A program made the translations under genes and the position numbers. A DNA stretch of 64,000 nucleotides from Octopus bimaculoides. Lineage: Eukaryota. Of the stretch, positions 37,635 to 51,070 are shown one piece after another. Below the pieces are notes generated by a model, which did no database searches, was not told where the DNA came from, and saw only the letters and a program-made list of their open reading frames with translations. The DNA lies in contig NC_069001.1 of the NCBI RefSeq assembly GCF_001194135.2, positions 18,709,627-18,773,626 on the forward strand, given 5' to 3'. The number at the start of each line of letters is the position of its first letter. Position 1 is the stretch's first letter.

Positions 37635-38023
37635 GATGCAGGCATGGCAGTGTTGTAAGAAGTTTGCTTCACAACCACCATGGTTCCGGGTTCCATTCTG
37701 TGGCACCTTTGACAAGTGTCTTCTATAGTCCCAGCACAATGAAAGCCTTGTGAGTGAATTTGGTAGATGGAAACTGAAGGAAATCCATTGTACATGCATT
37801 TGTGTGTGTGTGTGTATGTGTGTTTATGCCTATCCCCCACTATCACTTGACAACAGTGTTGGTTTGTTTATGTCCCTTATAACTTAGTGGTTTAGCAAAG
37901 GTGACTGTTAGAATAAATACCTGGCTTTTAAAATAAAGTACTGCTTCAATTTGTTTGACTAAAACTCTTCAAGGTGGTGCCCCAGCATGGCCACAGTCAT
38001 TTGACTAAATCCAGTAAAAGATA

Positions 38024-38027
<4 letters not shown>
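37635..38027 (+). mobile_element. SINE family 2
   Basis: Head with GGTTCCATTC B-box-like motif, (GT)n and CCCAGCATGGCC tail. Confidence 0.85.
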
Positions 38028-38065
<38 letters not shown>

Positions 38066-38515
38066 TAGCAGTAATAGCTGTCGTAGATCGGGTAATTACT
38101 TTTACTCTTTCTCAGGAGCCACATTTAAAGTGTTATTATAAGAAAAAAACATGTAATAATTGAAGTACAAAAAAGATCAATTACATACGTGAACTTCTGT
38201 TTGTTTATTATACGACATAAGTGAGTTGTATGCTTCATTTTATATATCAATGCAGTAATGGCAATTATATAATACAGAAAGCTTTGATCAGCACGGAGTT
38301 GTAATGAAAGAGAATTACCCACCGTGCTGCACAATGGGACTGAACCTAAGGCAACATGGTTGTTGGAAAGCAAGTTTCTCAACCACCCAGTCATGCTGAA
38401 AAAGAAGAGACACATTTTAGATAATATACTCCTTGATACAATATGCTTATAGTGAGAAGACCTTTGATTTTAATATTTATTCAAGCAGTGCAACAACTAA
38501 CAACGCTACACTATA

Positions 38516-38996
38516 CAGGGTGTTCCAGACTTAACTGTCTGTTTCATGAAATTGAACAAATTTTTAAAAAACTGACAGAATTTAATGTTTATTACTAAAA
38601 CAAATAGACAATTAAATCTTACGTTAAACTTTTATTAAAATGTTCAACATGTTTGTACCCCTGCATACTTCAAATCTCTCCTTAGCATTGTGAAACACAT
38701 TTTGAAGCATTTAAGGAGTTAGCTCCTGCACTGCTAACTGAATGCGTTCTTTAAGCTCAGCTAAATGATTGTTCCATCTTGGGGATGGAGGTAAAAGAAA
38801 TGATTGCTGCCAAATTGAAAAAACACTGTCATGGACATATAAAAGGGGTCCAACAGGAGTGAAAATAGAATTATGAACAAAATTCAAAATTTATACACTT
38901 TTAACACATATTAAACATGATAAACATAAATAAAAGTGAGATTTTTTAAAATGCATCCAATTTCACTCAAATCATCATTAATTCTGGGACACCCTG
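38516..38996. mobile_element. Non-autonomous Tc1/mariner element
   Basis: TIRs CAGGGTGTTCCAGACTTAA / TTAATTCTGGGACACCCTG; TA on the left side. Confidence 0.7.
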
Positions 38997-39029
38997 GTAT
39001 TTACTCGTCCAACTAAATGGGGGTAGGAA

Positions 39030-39480
39030 CACAGGGGGAGACTAATTGCAGGCGGTGAGCATAGCTTCCGGAAGTGGTCACGTGGTCAAACTCAAATGGC
39101 TGTGAGTCACAACAGCAGTTTGTTTTTTTGTACGAACATTTTGCATTATATAGTTCAGACATGGATGACATAGAAAGCAGACATGCCGCCGGGCACAAGG
39201 TTGGAAATGTGAAATTTCAACAGGGCACTTTTGGAGAATGGATGAATGGGTTTGTTGTGCCTTTACCCAGCTGCACACACACGCACATGGCTTAGTGGTG
39301 TGCAGGATGGTAACATGAAGTATCAACAGGACATCGACAAAAATTTTAATGTTCTTCTCATTTCCTCTGCCAAATCGGGCAAAACGGTTTTCATAAAATA
39401 TTATACGCTACTTATAATGCGTAAGTAGTGTCAATATTTTATCGGCGGAAAATGGCTAAAAACAAAAATAGAAACCCAGT
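39030..39480. promoter_or_regulatory. CpG-retaining segment with ETS, E-box and AP-1-like motifs
   Basis: CTTCCGGAAGTG directly followed by GTCACGTGG and, nearby, TGAGTCA; about 14 CpGs by manual count in an otherwise CpG-poor window. Confidence 0.35.
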
Positions 39481-39699
39481 GCAGTATACTCAAATCTGAT
39501 TAATCTGCATATTTGGTGGGGCCCACAGTCAGTGTCGGAAATTTTTTTTAGTCAGCAGTAATTTGGGGAGCCTGATTAATGTTTGTTGCAAATTTGGAGG
39601 ACAGCAACAGGAAACTCTTCAAGTTACGGGCCTTAACGCTGTGAAAATGCTTAAAAACTGTAATTTATCTGCCCCTGGGCCCACATTAGGCAAGAAGTT

Positions 39700-40718
39700 G
39701 AAACGCCCTGAAATCATCAGAATGCCTGAATTTATCCAGCAAGTTCAACAGACCATTGACTACAATCCCAGAAAGTCCATGAGATCAATTGCAAAAGATC
39801 TCCATGTGTCGGAAGGAACAGTCAGAAATGTTGTCCACAAAGACATCAGATATAAATCTTATATGATGAAAGAGGGTCAATTTATCAGAAAAAGCGAAAG
39901 AAAATCACTACATCAGATCTAAAAGGCTCTTAAACAAACTAAAAAATCCAGCAGAAGAAGATTTGATTTGGTTTTTCTCAAATGAGAAAAACTTTGACAA
40001 AGATCAAAAAATTAACAGAAGAAATGACAGAAGGTTATGTGCAGACCCTTCTGAAGTTCCAAGTGTTATGCATACAAAATTTCCTGCTCCTGTCATGATT
40101 TTAGGGGTTGTCAGCAATGAAGGACATGTGATGCCTCCTTTCTTCTTTCCACAAGGCCTTATAGTTAACTCTGCCCCCTACATTGAGGTCCTGGAAATTA
40201 TTGTTGAGCCCTCAATAGACAGAGTATGCAATGGAAGGTCATATGTGTTTCAGTAAGACTCTGCACTTGGCTCTAGTAATACAGGAATGGATGCTTGAAA
40301 AGTTTCATGATCACATAACCCCTAACATTTGGCCTCCTAATTCCCCAGATCTCAATCCATTGGACTATTACATGTGGAGCAGTGTTGAGAGATAAGTATC
40401 CACTGGACTATTACATGTGGAGCATTGTTGAGAGAGAGGTCAACGAACATGCCCATAACACTGAAGATTCTTTGAAAGCTGCCATAGTCAGAGTAATGTC
40501 CAAAATGAACCAGGGCCACCTGATTCAAGCATGTAAATGATTTAGATCTCGTCCAGAAGCAGTTGTTGAAGCTGAAGGTGGTTTTATTGAATAACATTAT
40601 AGAAAAGAAGGTTTATTTTTATCCTCATAGCATTTTTTGATAAATAATGTATTATCTGTTATAATATAGCTGTTTTTTTATAAACATAAATCTGTCATCA
40701 AATATCTTACACACCCTG
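39700..40718 (+). mobile_element. mariner-like (maT/DD37D-type) element, 5'-truncated
   Basis: FSNEKNF, KFPAPVMILGVVS, FQ*DSA and WPPNSPDLNPLDYY motifs; ends CACCCTG-TA. Confidence 0.88.
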
Positions 40719-40734
40719 TATATATATATACAGA

Positions 40735-42025
40735 GAGCAACTTCTGCCACATTCCAAGGAGAAAAACTAGAAGTAGTTGATAGCTTCCATTACCTAAGTG
40801 ACCAAGTTAGTAGCAGGGGGTGGGTGCTCTGAAAGTGTAGCTGCTAGAATAAGAATAGCCTGGGCAAAGTTCAGAGAGCTCCTACCTCTGCTGGTTACAA
40901 AGGGCCTCTCGCTCAGAGTAAAAGGCAGACTGTATGACGCATGTGTATAAACAGCCATGCTACATGGCATTGAAACTTGGGCTGTGACTGCTGAGGACAT
41001 GCGTAAGCTTGCAAGGAACGGAGTCAGTATGCTCCGCTGGATGTGTAATGTCAGTGTGCATACTCGACATAGTATAAGTGCCTTCAGAGAAAAGTTGGAC
41101 CTAAGAAGCATCAGATGTGGTGTGCAAGAGAGACAATTGTGCTGGTATGGTCATGTGGCGAGAGAATGGATGAGGATAACTGTATGAAAAAGTGTCACAC
41201 CCTAGTGGTTGAGGGAAACTGTGGAAGAGGTAGACCTAGGAAGACCTGGGATGAGGTGGTGAAGCACGACCTTCAAACAATAGGCCTCACCGAGGCAATG
41301 ACTAGTGACCGAGACCTCTGGAAATATGCTGTGCTTGAGAAGTCCTGGCAAGCCGAGTGAGACCATAACCTGTGGCAGGCCTCACTGAGGCAATGACTAG
41401 TGACAAAGACCTTTAGAAATATGCTGTACTTGAGAAGACCCGGCATAACCTGTGGCCTATGCCAGTGGTGTAACCAGCCCACTTAGGCGTACCTTTCTTT
41501 CATTGGACACTAAACTCTGCTTGTGAAGACCTGTTGAGGCAAGTGAAATCAAAATCATATTAAATGACAGCACCGCATGACTGGCATCCGTGCTAGTGGA
41601 GTGCTGAGTACCATCCGAATGTGATCATCGCCAGGGCCGCTCACTGGCCCCTGTGCCAGTGGCACGTAAAAAGCACTGCCTTACTGGCACTTGTGCCGGT
41701 GGTACGTGGAAAACAACATTCGAGCAAGGGTGTTGCCAGTGCCTCTGGACTGGCTCCTGTGCAGGTGACACATAAAAACACCATTTTGAGCGTGGCTGTT
41801 GCCAGTACTGCCTGACTGGCCCTCATGCCGGTGGCACGTAAAAGCACCTACTACACTCTCAGAGTAGTTGGCGTTGAGAAGGGCGTCCAGCTGTAGAAAC
41901 TCTGCCAGATCAGATTGGAGCCTGGTGCAGCCATCCGGCTCACCAGTCCCCAGTCAAACTGTCCAACCCATGCTAGCATGGAAAGCAGATGTTAAACGAT
42001 GATGATGATGATGATGATGATGATA
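40735..42025 (+). mobile_element. RTE LINE 3' part with (GAT)n tail
   Basis: MLHGIETWAVT...MLRWMC and GRGRPRKTWDEVVKHDL motifs; internal tandem duplication of about 95 bp at roughly 41283-41456. Confidence 0.9.
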
Positions 42026-42344
42026 TATANNNNNNNNNNNNNNNNNNNNNNNNNNNNNNNNNNNNNNNNNNNNNNNNNNNNNNNNNNNNNNNNNNNNNNN
42101 NNNNNNNNNNNNNNNNNNNNNNGTACAAGAGAGTTAGGGATTGAGGATTCAACCCACTAAGGGATAGTATCTATCCAATATACTGCTGGGAGGGTACCCA
42201 ATTATTGTTACACTAGTGTTATACCAAGTGTGATAAGCATCTGTATATTATGGCTTTTGTCATTTTAGTTACAAAATACACAAATTAATTCAATGGAATA
42301 CACTGTCTGCAAGTCGATGAATATTCTCCTCTATTTTCTTATTG

Positions 42345-42381
<37 letters not shown>

Positions 42382-42906
42382 AAATTTACAGGAAAACAAA
42401 AGACGATGACAGATGTATAAACAACAAGAAGGTGTATTAGTTTAATGCTTGGGAAGGTGAGAAAGTCTTTTATGTTTCCAGCCTACGCTCTTCAACAGAA
42501 AGGAACACGACGAAATAAACAGAGAGAGAATAAAAAACTTTTGGAATTAGTGGTCAAGTATATATATGTATATGTGTGTGTCTGTCTGTACAAACATACC
42601 TGAAATTATGTTGGTAATTAATTCCAAGACCTATGATTTAGTTTGACAATCAATGTTACAACAAAAAAAAAACATTTGAAAAATTTATTGGCTTATTTCT
42701 ATTCTAATAAATGATACATAATTTCACATGTTAATTTATTTGATTTTCCATTTCATCATTTAAAAAATGTTCATGCTTTTAACTGTTTGCTCAAACCAAC
42801 ATAGAGTCAGGTAAATCAACTGAAGTTTATTTTTCCCTTAATTTCTTGTAAAAAAAAACAAAACATAAAGTTGAAAAAGACTTAACTCAAAACAACTAGG
42901 TAAGCC

Positions 42907-43085
42907 TATATATATATATATATAAATATATATATATAAAACTGAGAACATCTATCTGTAGGTGTGCACCACTAAAACTCGAGAACTATCCAACAGACTT
43001 CATTCAAATTTTACACATGCCTTACTTAGGGTTTATGCAGTGCCATGGGTGAAACAAATTTTCATCTTCTTGCCTAATGTGAGCC
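42907..43085 (+). mobile_element. Probable non-autonomous Helitron 5' fragment
   Basis: (TA)n-AAAACTGAG...AAAACTCGAGAACT...TTCATTCAAATTTTACACA is typical of Helitron-N 5' ends (recalled pattern); no 3' end found. Confidence 0.45.
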
Positions 43086-43269
43086 TGAAGCTATTGTGAA
43101 GTCTTCCACAAACAACCTTGTCCGGATTTGTACCTCGGAGGGTAAGTTTCTAGGTGCAATCCCATGGTCATTCATGACAGGAGGGGGTCTCCTATATATA
43201 TATATATATATATATATATGAATATATACATATATATGTGTGTAGAAAGAACTGTCGTATATATGTGTA

Positions 43270-43271
43270 TA

Positions 43272-43321
<50 letters not shown>

Positions 43322-43510
43322 TACCCCCACCATTGCTTGACAACCAATGTTGCTGTGTTAATGTTCCCACAACTTAGCAGTTTGGCAAAAGACACTGATA
43401 GAATAAGTTCTAGGCTTACAAAGAATAAATCCTGTGGTCGATTTTTTCGACAAAAGGTGGTGCTCTAGCATGGCTGCAGTCACATGACTGAAACAAGTAA
43501 AACAATAAAA
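43270..43510 (+). mobile_element. SINE family 2, 3' half
   Basis: (GT)n followed by the shared tail ending TGAAACAAGTAAAA. Confidence 0.8.
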
Positions 43511-43519
43511 ATACTACGT

Positions 43520-45056
43520 CATTTTAATACTTAGCCAGGAGTGAAGCAGAAAGGAAGTTTGCTAATGTTCTGCAGTGTGAGGACCAGCAGCTTGAAGTGT
43601 TTTGGTTTGGAAGACAGTGTGCCAGGGAAAATTATGATATGGTAGGAGAGAAGTGTGTTTGCACGGATGATGGTTCATTTGCAGTTAGTGATTCTGAAAT
43701 GAAAGAGGCTTAGAAGTGCCACTATGAAAGGCTACTAAATGTAGAGCATTCACGGGAGAAGGAGAGTCTGCCTAATGTTGATCAAATAGAGGGACCAGCA
43801 ATCCAAATAGTCCATAGTGTTGTAGACAAAGCCATGAANNNNNNNNNNNNNNNNNNNNNNNNNNNNNNNNNNNNNNNNNNNNNNNNNNNNNNNNNNNNNN
43901 NNNNNNNNNGCTGAGATGCTTAAAATATCTGGCAGTGTGGGTCATGGTCTAGTCACCCGCATAGTTAGTCAGGTGGTACATGAAGGAGTCATACCTAATG
44001 ACTGGTGTAGCAACACCATAGTCAACTGCTACAAAAGTCAAGGTGATGTCTTAAATAGAAATAATTACAGACATCACCTTGTTGGATCAGGTGATGAAAG
44101 TCATGGAGAGGGTCATAGCCCAACTAATTAGGGAAAGAGTTAGTCTAGATGAGGTGCAGTTTGGTTTTGTGCCAGGTAGAAGCACCACTGATGCTATATT
44201 TCTGGTAAGGCACCTGCAGGAATAGTACATAGCCAAAGATAAACCTTTGTACTTAGCTTTTGTTGACAAGGAGAATGCCTTTGACAGGGTCCTCCAATCA
44301 CTTACCTGGTGGTCAATGTGGAAACTAGGGATGGACGAGTGGTTGGTGAGAACTGTACAAGCCATATATAGGGATGTAGTCAGTGAAGTGAGGGTTGGCA
44401 ATGAGTATAACGATGAATTCAGGGTACAAGTAGGGGTTTACCAAGGATCAGTCCTCGCACCCCTCTTGTTCACCATAGTCCTCCAGGCAATAACAGAGGA
44501 ATTTAGGATGGGCTGCCCTTGGGAACTCCTCTAAATGCCTTCAGACAGATGGCCCTGCTCAATCTGTAGGAAAAGTGTAGGTAGAAATTCCATAAGATGT
44601 ATCTGGTGCAAGCTATAAACACAAAAGAAGTGCAGCAATATCAGGGGAAGGTTAACTGAGAAAATAGTTTTTTGTGTGGAAGTTGCATAGATACAATAAA
44701 CACTAAAAATGTACAGAAAATAGACTCCATCAAATGCCAGTGGGGTAAGCTAGAGATAGTTGATAGCTTCTGTTATCTAGGTGACTAAATCAGTAGCAGA
44801 GGTGGGTGCTTTGCAAGTGTAGCTGCAAGAATAAGAATAGACTGGGCAAAGTTCAGAGAGCTTCTACCTCTGTTGGCAACAAAGGGCCTCTCAGTCTGAG
44901 TGAAAGGCAGACTGTATGATGCCTGTGTGCAAATAGCTATGCTACACAGCAGTGAAACCTGAACTGTGATCGCCAAGGACATATGTAGACTTGTAAAAAA
45001 TGAAGCTAGCATAATTCATTGGATGTGCAATGTCAGTGTGCATGTACAACAGTGTG
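43520..45056 (+). mobile_element. RTE LINE fragments
   Basis: LAFVDKENAFDRV and VGVYQGSVLAPLLF RT motifs; N gap at 43839-43909. Confidence 0.88.
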
Positions 45057-45360
45057 CATGTACAATAATTTAGCAGATTTATATTACGTACCGTGTGTTT
45101 TCAAGCAATCTTTCAGGCTCAGTGCATACTGTTAGACATATTTGAAAACCAGGATGCTAGTCTATGACAAAACACGAGAAAAGAAATGAGAAGAAAAATG
45201 CATCAACCTTCTTTGCATTTTTCTGGGTTTTTTTCTCATGTTCTTTCATAGACCAGCATCCAGGTTTTCAAATCCATCTAACATTATGCACTGACTCAGA
45301 AAGACTGCTTGGAGACACATGGTATGTTATATAAATCTGCCAAATTATTGTATCATTGCA
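45057..45360. repeat. Foldback element
   Basis: Arms of about 130 bp (TACAATAATTTAGCAGATTTATAT... / ...ATATAAATCTGCCAAATTATTGTA). Confidence 0.8.
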
Positions 45361-45416
45361 GCATGAAACTATTAGTAACTCTTTTTTTAAATACGGTATA
45401 TATTAAATGATATATA

Positions 45417-46404
45417 CTAGCAGAGTAGCCCATTGTTACCAGGCAGTTTTCACAATAGATTGATTTTATTTCAATTTTTTTTTATTCCATGTTAGACCAT
45501 GTCTTCCCCAATGGATAGGCCTCTTGATCAGGATGGATTTTTGCATAATTTGAGGCAATTTATAATGTCTCGTTAGATGAAGATTTTTGTTTTTCCATTT
45601 GGTGCATAGACATAAACATTTTTTCTTACTTCCTACTCTTGAACACTCAATGTAAAGCTAACCATGGGTGAAGCAGGGCTCATCAAGATGTAAACTGGCA
45701 ACCAGATATGTTTGCCCTAGTGATTTGTTGATGGTCATGACAAAACTATGACTCATTGAAAATTGAAGTCATTTGAAATGAAATGGGATATCGTCTCCTG
45801 TGTTCATGCAACAGAGGCGCTTGTGCACTTATCATCTAATCAATGCATCCTATGCTTGGGTGTCTCCTGAGACCATGCGGCAGAGGCTCATGTTTGCATA
45901 TCATCAAATCTGTTCCTTCTCTGTTTCAATGTCTCCTGAGCTCACTGCTGATGCTTTGTAAGGGTCTTTTGACTCTGTCACACTAATGCATACACAAATT
46001 CTGACACAGTTATACAAACATACACACACTCAGCATGAAAGATATACATATACAGCGAAAGAGTGAGAGAGAATATGGTAAATATATATAGAAAGGAGTA
46101 AAGTTTACAAAGAGAAAAGCATAGAAGATAGAGAGACAGATAGAGAGTAGTAGACAGATAGACAGTCATAAGATGTGATCAGGTAATCAGGAGTTTAAGA
46201 TTGTGGCTTCAAAAGACTTTCAGTTTTGGTGATCTGGAAGTTTAGTTATTTTTCATAGCAAATTACATTTTTTGATTAATAATAAACAAAAACCTCCTTA
46301 AGATGCAGATTTTGAAAACCAAATCTGTTTTTCTCTAGGCTGCATCATTTCATAGTCATTCAGTGACATACACATATACATACACCCTCATTTATATAGT
46401 AAAA
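45417..46404 (-). mobile_element. Helitron internal-deletion derivative retaining the helicase C-terminus
   Basis: Minus strand ends in a decayed hairpin plus CTAG|T; FVMTINKSLGQT...PCFTHG*LY...SRVG matches the PIF1-family helicase C-terminal motifs; 5' end approximate. Confidence 0.8.
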
Positions 46405-46519
46405 TAATGTTTATATATTGTATGTGTGTGTGTGTGTGCATGTATATATCTGTATGTGTATATATACATGTACATATATATGTACACACATAGACACACA
46501 CACACACATATATATATAG

Positions 46520-48010
46520 TTAAAGCAATTAAAGATATGAAGACAGGAAAAGACTCTGTCCATCAGGAATTACTGCATAACTGCTTAACATATTTGGCAT
46601 GGTAGGATAATCTTTGTCACCTGTATAATTAACCTATAGTGCAGGAAGGTATCATACCAAACAACTGGTGTAGCAGCATTACAGCAACAACTGTTACAAA
46701 GGTAAAAGAGATGCTTCAGACAGAAGTAATTACAGAGATATCAAATTGCTGGATCAAGTCTTGAGAGTTACAGAAAGCATTGTAGCAGAACTACTTAAGA
46801 AGAGGGTTAGACTAGATGAGTTACAGTTTTGTTTTGTGTTGGGGCATAGTACAACTGACACTTTCTTTATAGTAAGGCAACTATAGGAGAAGTAGTTAGC
46901 CAAAAGTAAACCACTGTACTTGGCTTTCATTGATCTGGAGAAAACTTTCAATAGGGTTGCTTATTTCTTGATCTGGTGGTTACTACAGAAGCTAGGAATA
47001 TATGAATGGCTTGTGAAATCTGTGCAAGTCATGTAAAGGGATGCTGTCAGTAATGTGAGAGTTAGCAATGAATACAGCAATGAATTTAGTGTGCAGGTAG
47101 GAGTTCATCAGGGTTTGGCTCTCAGTCCCCTTCTATTTATTATTGTCCTCTAGGCTGTAATGGAGGAGTTCAAAACTGGTTGTTCATGGGAACTTCTTTT
47201 TGCTGAAGACCTTGTTCTAAAACAGTAGTGGAATTAGAAAAGAAATTCAAGGTGTGAAAGCAAAATTTGAACTCAAAGGGCCTTAAAATTAACTTAGAAA
47301 AGACCAAATTCCTAGTAAGCAGGATAATAGATAATATACTTATCCCTTTGGAAAAATGGCTCTTCAATATTTAGAAAAGGTGTAGGTAGGAATTCTATAT
47401 GGTAAATATGTAGGTGTAATAAGCACTAAAAGCACATGGGAGATAAATTTTTTGGAATGTCCAAGTGTATGCTTAGAGATAGTAGATAGTTTCTACTACC
47501 AAGGTGAACTAATTAGTGGTGGAAGAGGTTGTTCTGAAAGTGTAGTTTCTAGAATAGGAGCTGACTTTAGAAAGTTCAGAGAGCTATTATTACCTCTGTT
47601 GCAAACAAACGGTCTCTCTCTGAGAGTGAAAGGCAGATTGTATGATGCTGTGTATGAACAGCATCAAACAATGTGGTAATGAAATGTGGGCCATGAATTC
47701 AGAAGGCATGCAAAGATTAGAAAGAAATGAAGCTAGCATGCTCTGTTTGGATGTACAACACCAGTGCATGTACAACAAAGTAGAAATGTGTTGAGAGAAA
47801 AATTGAGCACAGATGGTATCCGATGTAGGGTGCAAAGGAGAAGACCGCACTGGTATGGTCATGTGATGCATATGGATGATGACAGCTGTATAAAGAAATT
47901 CCACTCATTAAATAACACTCTTGGACAACATGGGACAAAGTAATGAAGTCTGACCTCAGGTGATTGAGCTTTATGGAGAAGATGATAAAAGACTAAGATG
48001 ACAATGGTGA
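46520..48010 (+). mobile_element. RTE LINE fragments
   Basis: LAFIDLEKTFNRV, VGVHQG and KGRLYDA motifs with many stops. Confidence 0.85.
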
Positions 48011-48119
48011 TTTGATGATACTGAAGAACACTTGTCCATCTCAGAAAAGATAAGGTCTGAAAAGCATATAACCAAAGTCTTTGCTTCTGCCACACCCAAT
48101 CTATATTTGTCAAACATTG

Positions 48120-51070
48120 TCAGTCAATTGATTGGCTAGAAATAGTAGCTATATCTCCCATTAATCATTATTTGTTACATTAAAAATAGAGAGGAAACAT
48201 TAGTTGATGTCTAGTTCTAGGGACATGGAAAGGTGAGAGGTGGTAAGTCTTACTCTTCATCCTGGACACAAGTGTGAAGGGGTGTAACATTTCTTCTGGC
48301 CTATCTGTTAATTAAGGGAGGCAGGTGGATGGGAGGCTAAAATGTTGCTCCTCCCTCCAGACATTTATGAGAATTCTTGCTATGTCACTGTCACCACCAA
48401 GATGGCCAAAATTGGAATGGTTTTGATCATATCTCTCCTCCAGCAGAACTGGCCTCAAGACTAAACAATAACACCAACTACTGAACTGTATTTCTTTCCC
48501 CCTCTTCCAATCTCCAAAGACACACAAATAAAACAATGGGCACTGTCCCTTCCTCTTCTTAGCCAGGCATCAATAAATAAATAAAAGTATTCACTGTGGA
48601 ATAAAATTCATAAATATCTGATTGTTTTTGAAAGGCTGGAATAGGAGGGTTAGGGAAGAGGTAGGGCAAAGCAGGAAGGTGGGATGGAATAAGTGCAAGA
48701 AAAGATTCTCACACTTTTCTTTTTTTGGTAAAAACAAGAAATTGGATTATTATACAAGGAAGTAAATATTCTTGAACTCCTACTGAAATATTCCTGTTGA
48801 TAAATTTATTTCTGTGACAGAGCAGTATTTTGGTATTTTATTAAATTAGAGAGTATTTTTCAGATCTTAAAGTGATAGAAAATTAGATTTATTTGGAGCA
48901 GTTATGACGATGCCAATGAGAACAACAACCACAACAACAATAATAAATAAAATAAAAAAAGAAGGATATTATTATTATTGAAGGCAGAATTTTTGGATGT
49001 AAAATAATCTTTGTTTAGTGAGATATAAATTTGGTGGATTTGTCTCCAAGTCTGGCAAGCAATATCATGATCATGATCATCATTTAATGTCCATTTTCCA
49101 TGCTGGCATGTGTATGAAATAACATGCACCACGTGCACATGCACGCACACACAGAGTGTCAGAGAAAGATATATTTTCAGACAAAACAATGTCTGTGATT
49201 CACTTCATACTACTGGTGATTAATGACTGATGTGCTTGGTTCAAGATGTCGGTATTATTGTTGTTGTTAAGCCATTAGTCAGTCTCTGATGGAGCTGACT
49301 TATGATTAACAATATTCTATATGTGACCACTTTCTCCTCTTTTGAAATCTATGTTATGTAGCACTGTATTGTATACACTGTCCTTCCTGTTTAATATGCT
49401 GTAGGGTGTAATGTGAGGAAAATCAGGCCAGCAAATTGGGCAACCATTTAAGTGGGCTCCCTCTTTGACTTGTTGGTATTGGTGTTGATGGTGTTGTTAT
49501 TGTTGTATAACCCCAGGTGAGACCTGACTGAGAAAACCTATTATCAAAGATACTGCAGTCTTGACCGTCCTATCTTCTTGTGGAGGTGTGTGGGACAACA
49601 TTATTTATTTACTGAAAGTCCTTTCCTTTTTTACAGAAAATTAAGTGTGATTTGGCTGCTATTTCTAGCAGATCAAATGACCATGTAGAAGTGTAGTGTC
49701 ACTTCATTTGATGGTGATAGTGTTGTTGGCATGGGCAACAAATAGAGTCATTAGAGTGTGAAAAAGAATACCTTGGTGTTTGCTCCTTTTTCATGTGATC
49801 TGAATTCTAATGTTGCTAAGACCAACTTTGCCTTTCTTCTTTTCACAATTGATAAAATACCAGTCTTATACTGGGCTGACTTTTCTTACTCTCTCAGCTG
49901 GAGGGGAAAGGGTTTTATCAGGTTTAAAATACCTATAATCCTAACCCTGTCAATTTGGCACTAATGTTGACAAAACTCTCAACAAACACCTTACATGAGT
50001 ACTTGCTAAACTAGAAACAACAACTAAATCTCTCTCAAATTATATTCCATTGTCTTAAAATGGAAAGGACATTCATTACATAATGTAGCAGCAGATGTCT
50101 ATACAAAAGGTGGGACGGTTGTGACTGGAACTCCTTTAATCCTAGGATAATTATACAAAGTTGAAGAATAATGATATGCAGCATATCGTTAAGTGCCTAT
50201 CATATAGGTCCATCGGGTGTTGTTGTTATTTAACCTCAGGACTTTTTTGATGAGTTGACCTATTATTAAACCCTTTCCAGCAATGACCAGTCCATTTTAT
50301 TTCCTTTCAGATATAATATATTGATGATTAGATTATCCAATGTGTTCTTCCTTATTTAAACAGTTGGATGTAATTTGTGAGAGATTTGGTTGCTATTTCT
50401 TTCAAGTCTAGAGACAACAATGGCATTGGTATTGATAGTACTAAAGCTCTTGATCAGAATTCACTGAGCTGACCTACAATCAAAAGGTTTTCCAGCTGTG
50501 ATTATCCAGTCCCTTATTTTCAGACATGATGTACCTGGGGGTACATTATCTAATATCTTTCTATTTTTAAGACTATCAGGAATTGAGTTGAGTGAGATTT
50601 AGCTGCTATTTCAAGCAGAACAAATAATCTCAGAGAGGCTTCTTTGTTGTTGTTGGTGGTGGTGGGGGTGATGGCATAGGCACTAATGGTATGGTAAGGG
50701 GGTCTAGAGATTGCTATGGGGATATCAATGGAATAATGATGTAGGGAATCTTAGGAATGGCAGAAGTGTCAGAGTGCTGGATTGAACACCATTTTGCTAT
50801 GACTCTTTACATTCCTGAGTCCAAATCCAGAAAAGGTCAGTTTTGTCCCCATCCTAACAGGATTGATAAAATTAAGTACCCAGTCTAGTGGTCAGTTTGA
50901 TTAAATCCCCCACCTTTCAGAAATATAAGATGTACCCATGTTGAATATTGTTGATCAGGTCAGCTCTGATTGAAAAGACCTATAATTAAAGGTGTTCCAG
51001 TCATGACCAACCTGTCTTTTTCCTCTGTGCAGACAACCAGGATCACATTGTTCAGCACATTCCTTTTTTG
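48120..51070. repeat. Cluster of degenerate copies of one approximately 250-bp repeat family
   Basis: Recurrent motifs GATTT(G/A)G(C/T)TGCTATTTC (49650, 50385, 50598; reverse-oriented at 48138 and 50012) and G/AACCTA..AT(C/T)AAA...TTCCAG (49540, 50260, 50472, 50975). Confidence 0.6.

Noticed and set aside
42455-42500. TTGAAGAGC-GTAG-GCT-GGAAAC motif on the minus strand
   Set aside because: Too degenerate: no NUH or stem I; possibly a PLE-tail relic but not supportable.
48345-48465. Possible terminal exon after a pyrimidine tract and AG
   Set aside because: Only about 35 codons with no recognisable protein and no supporting upstream exons.
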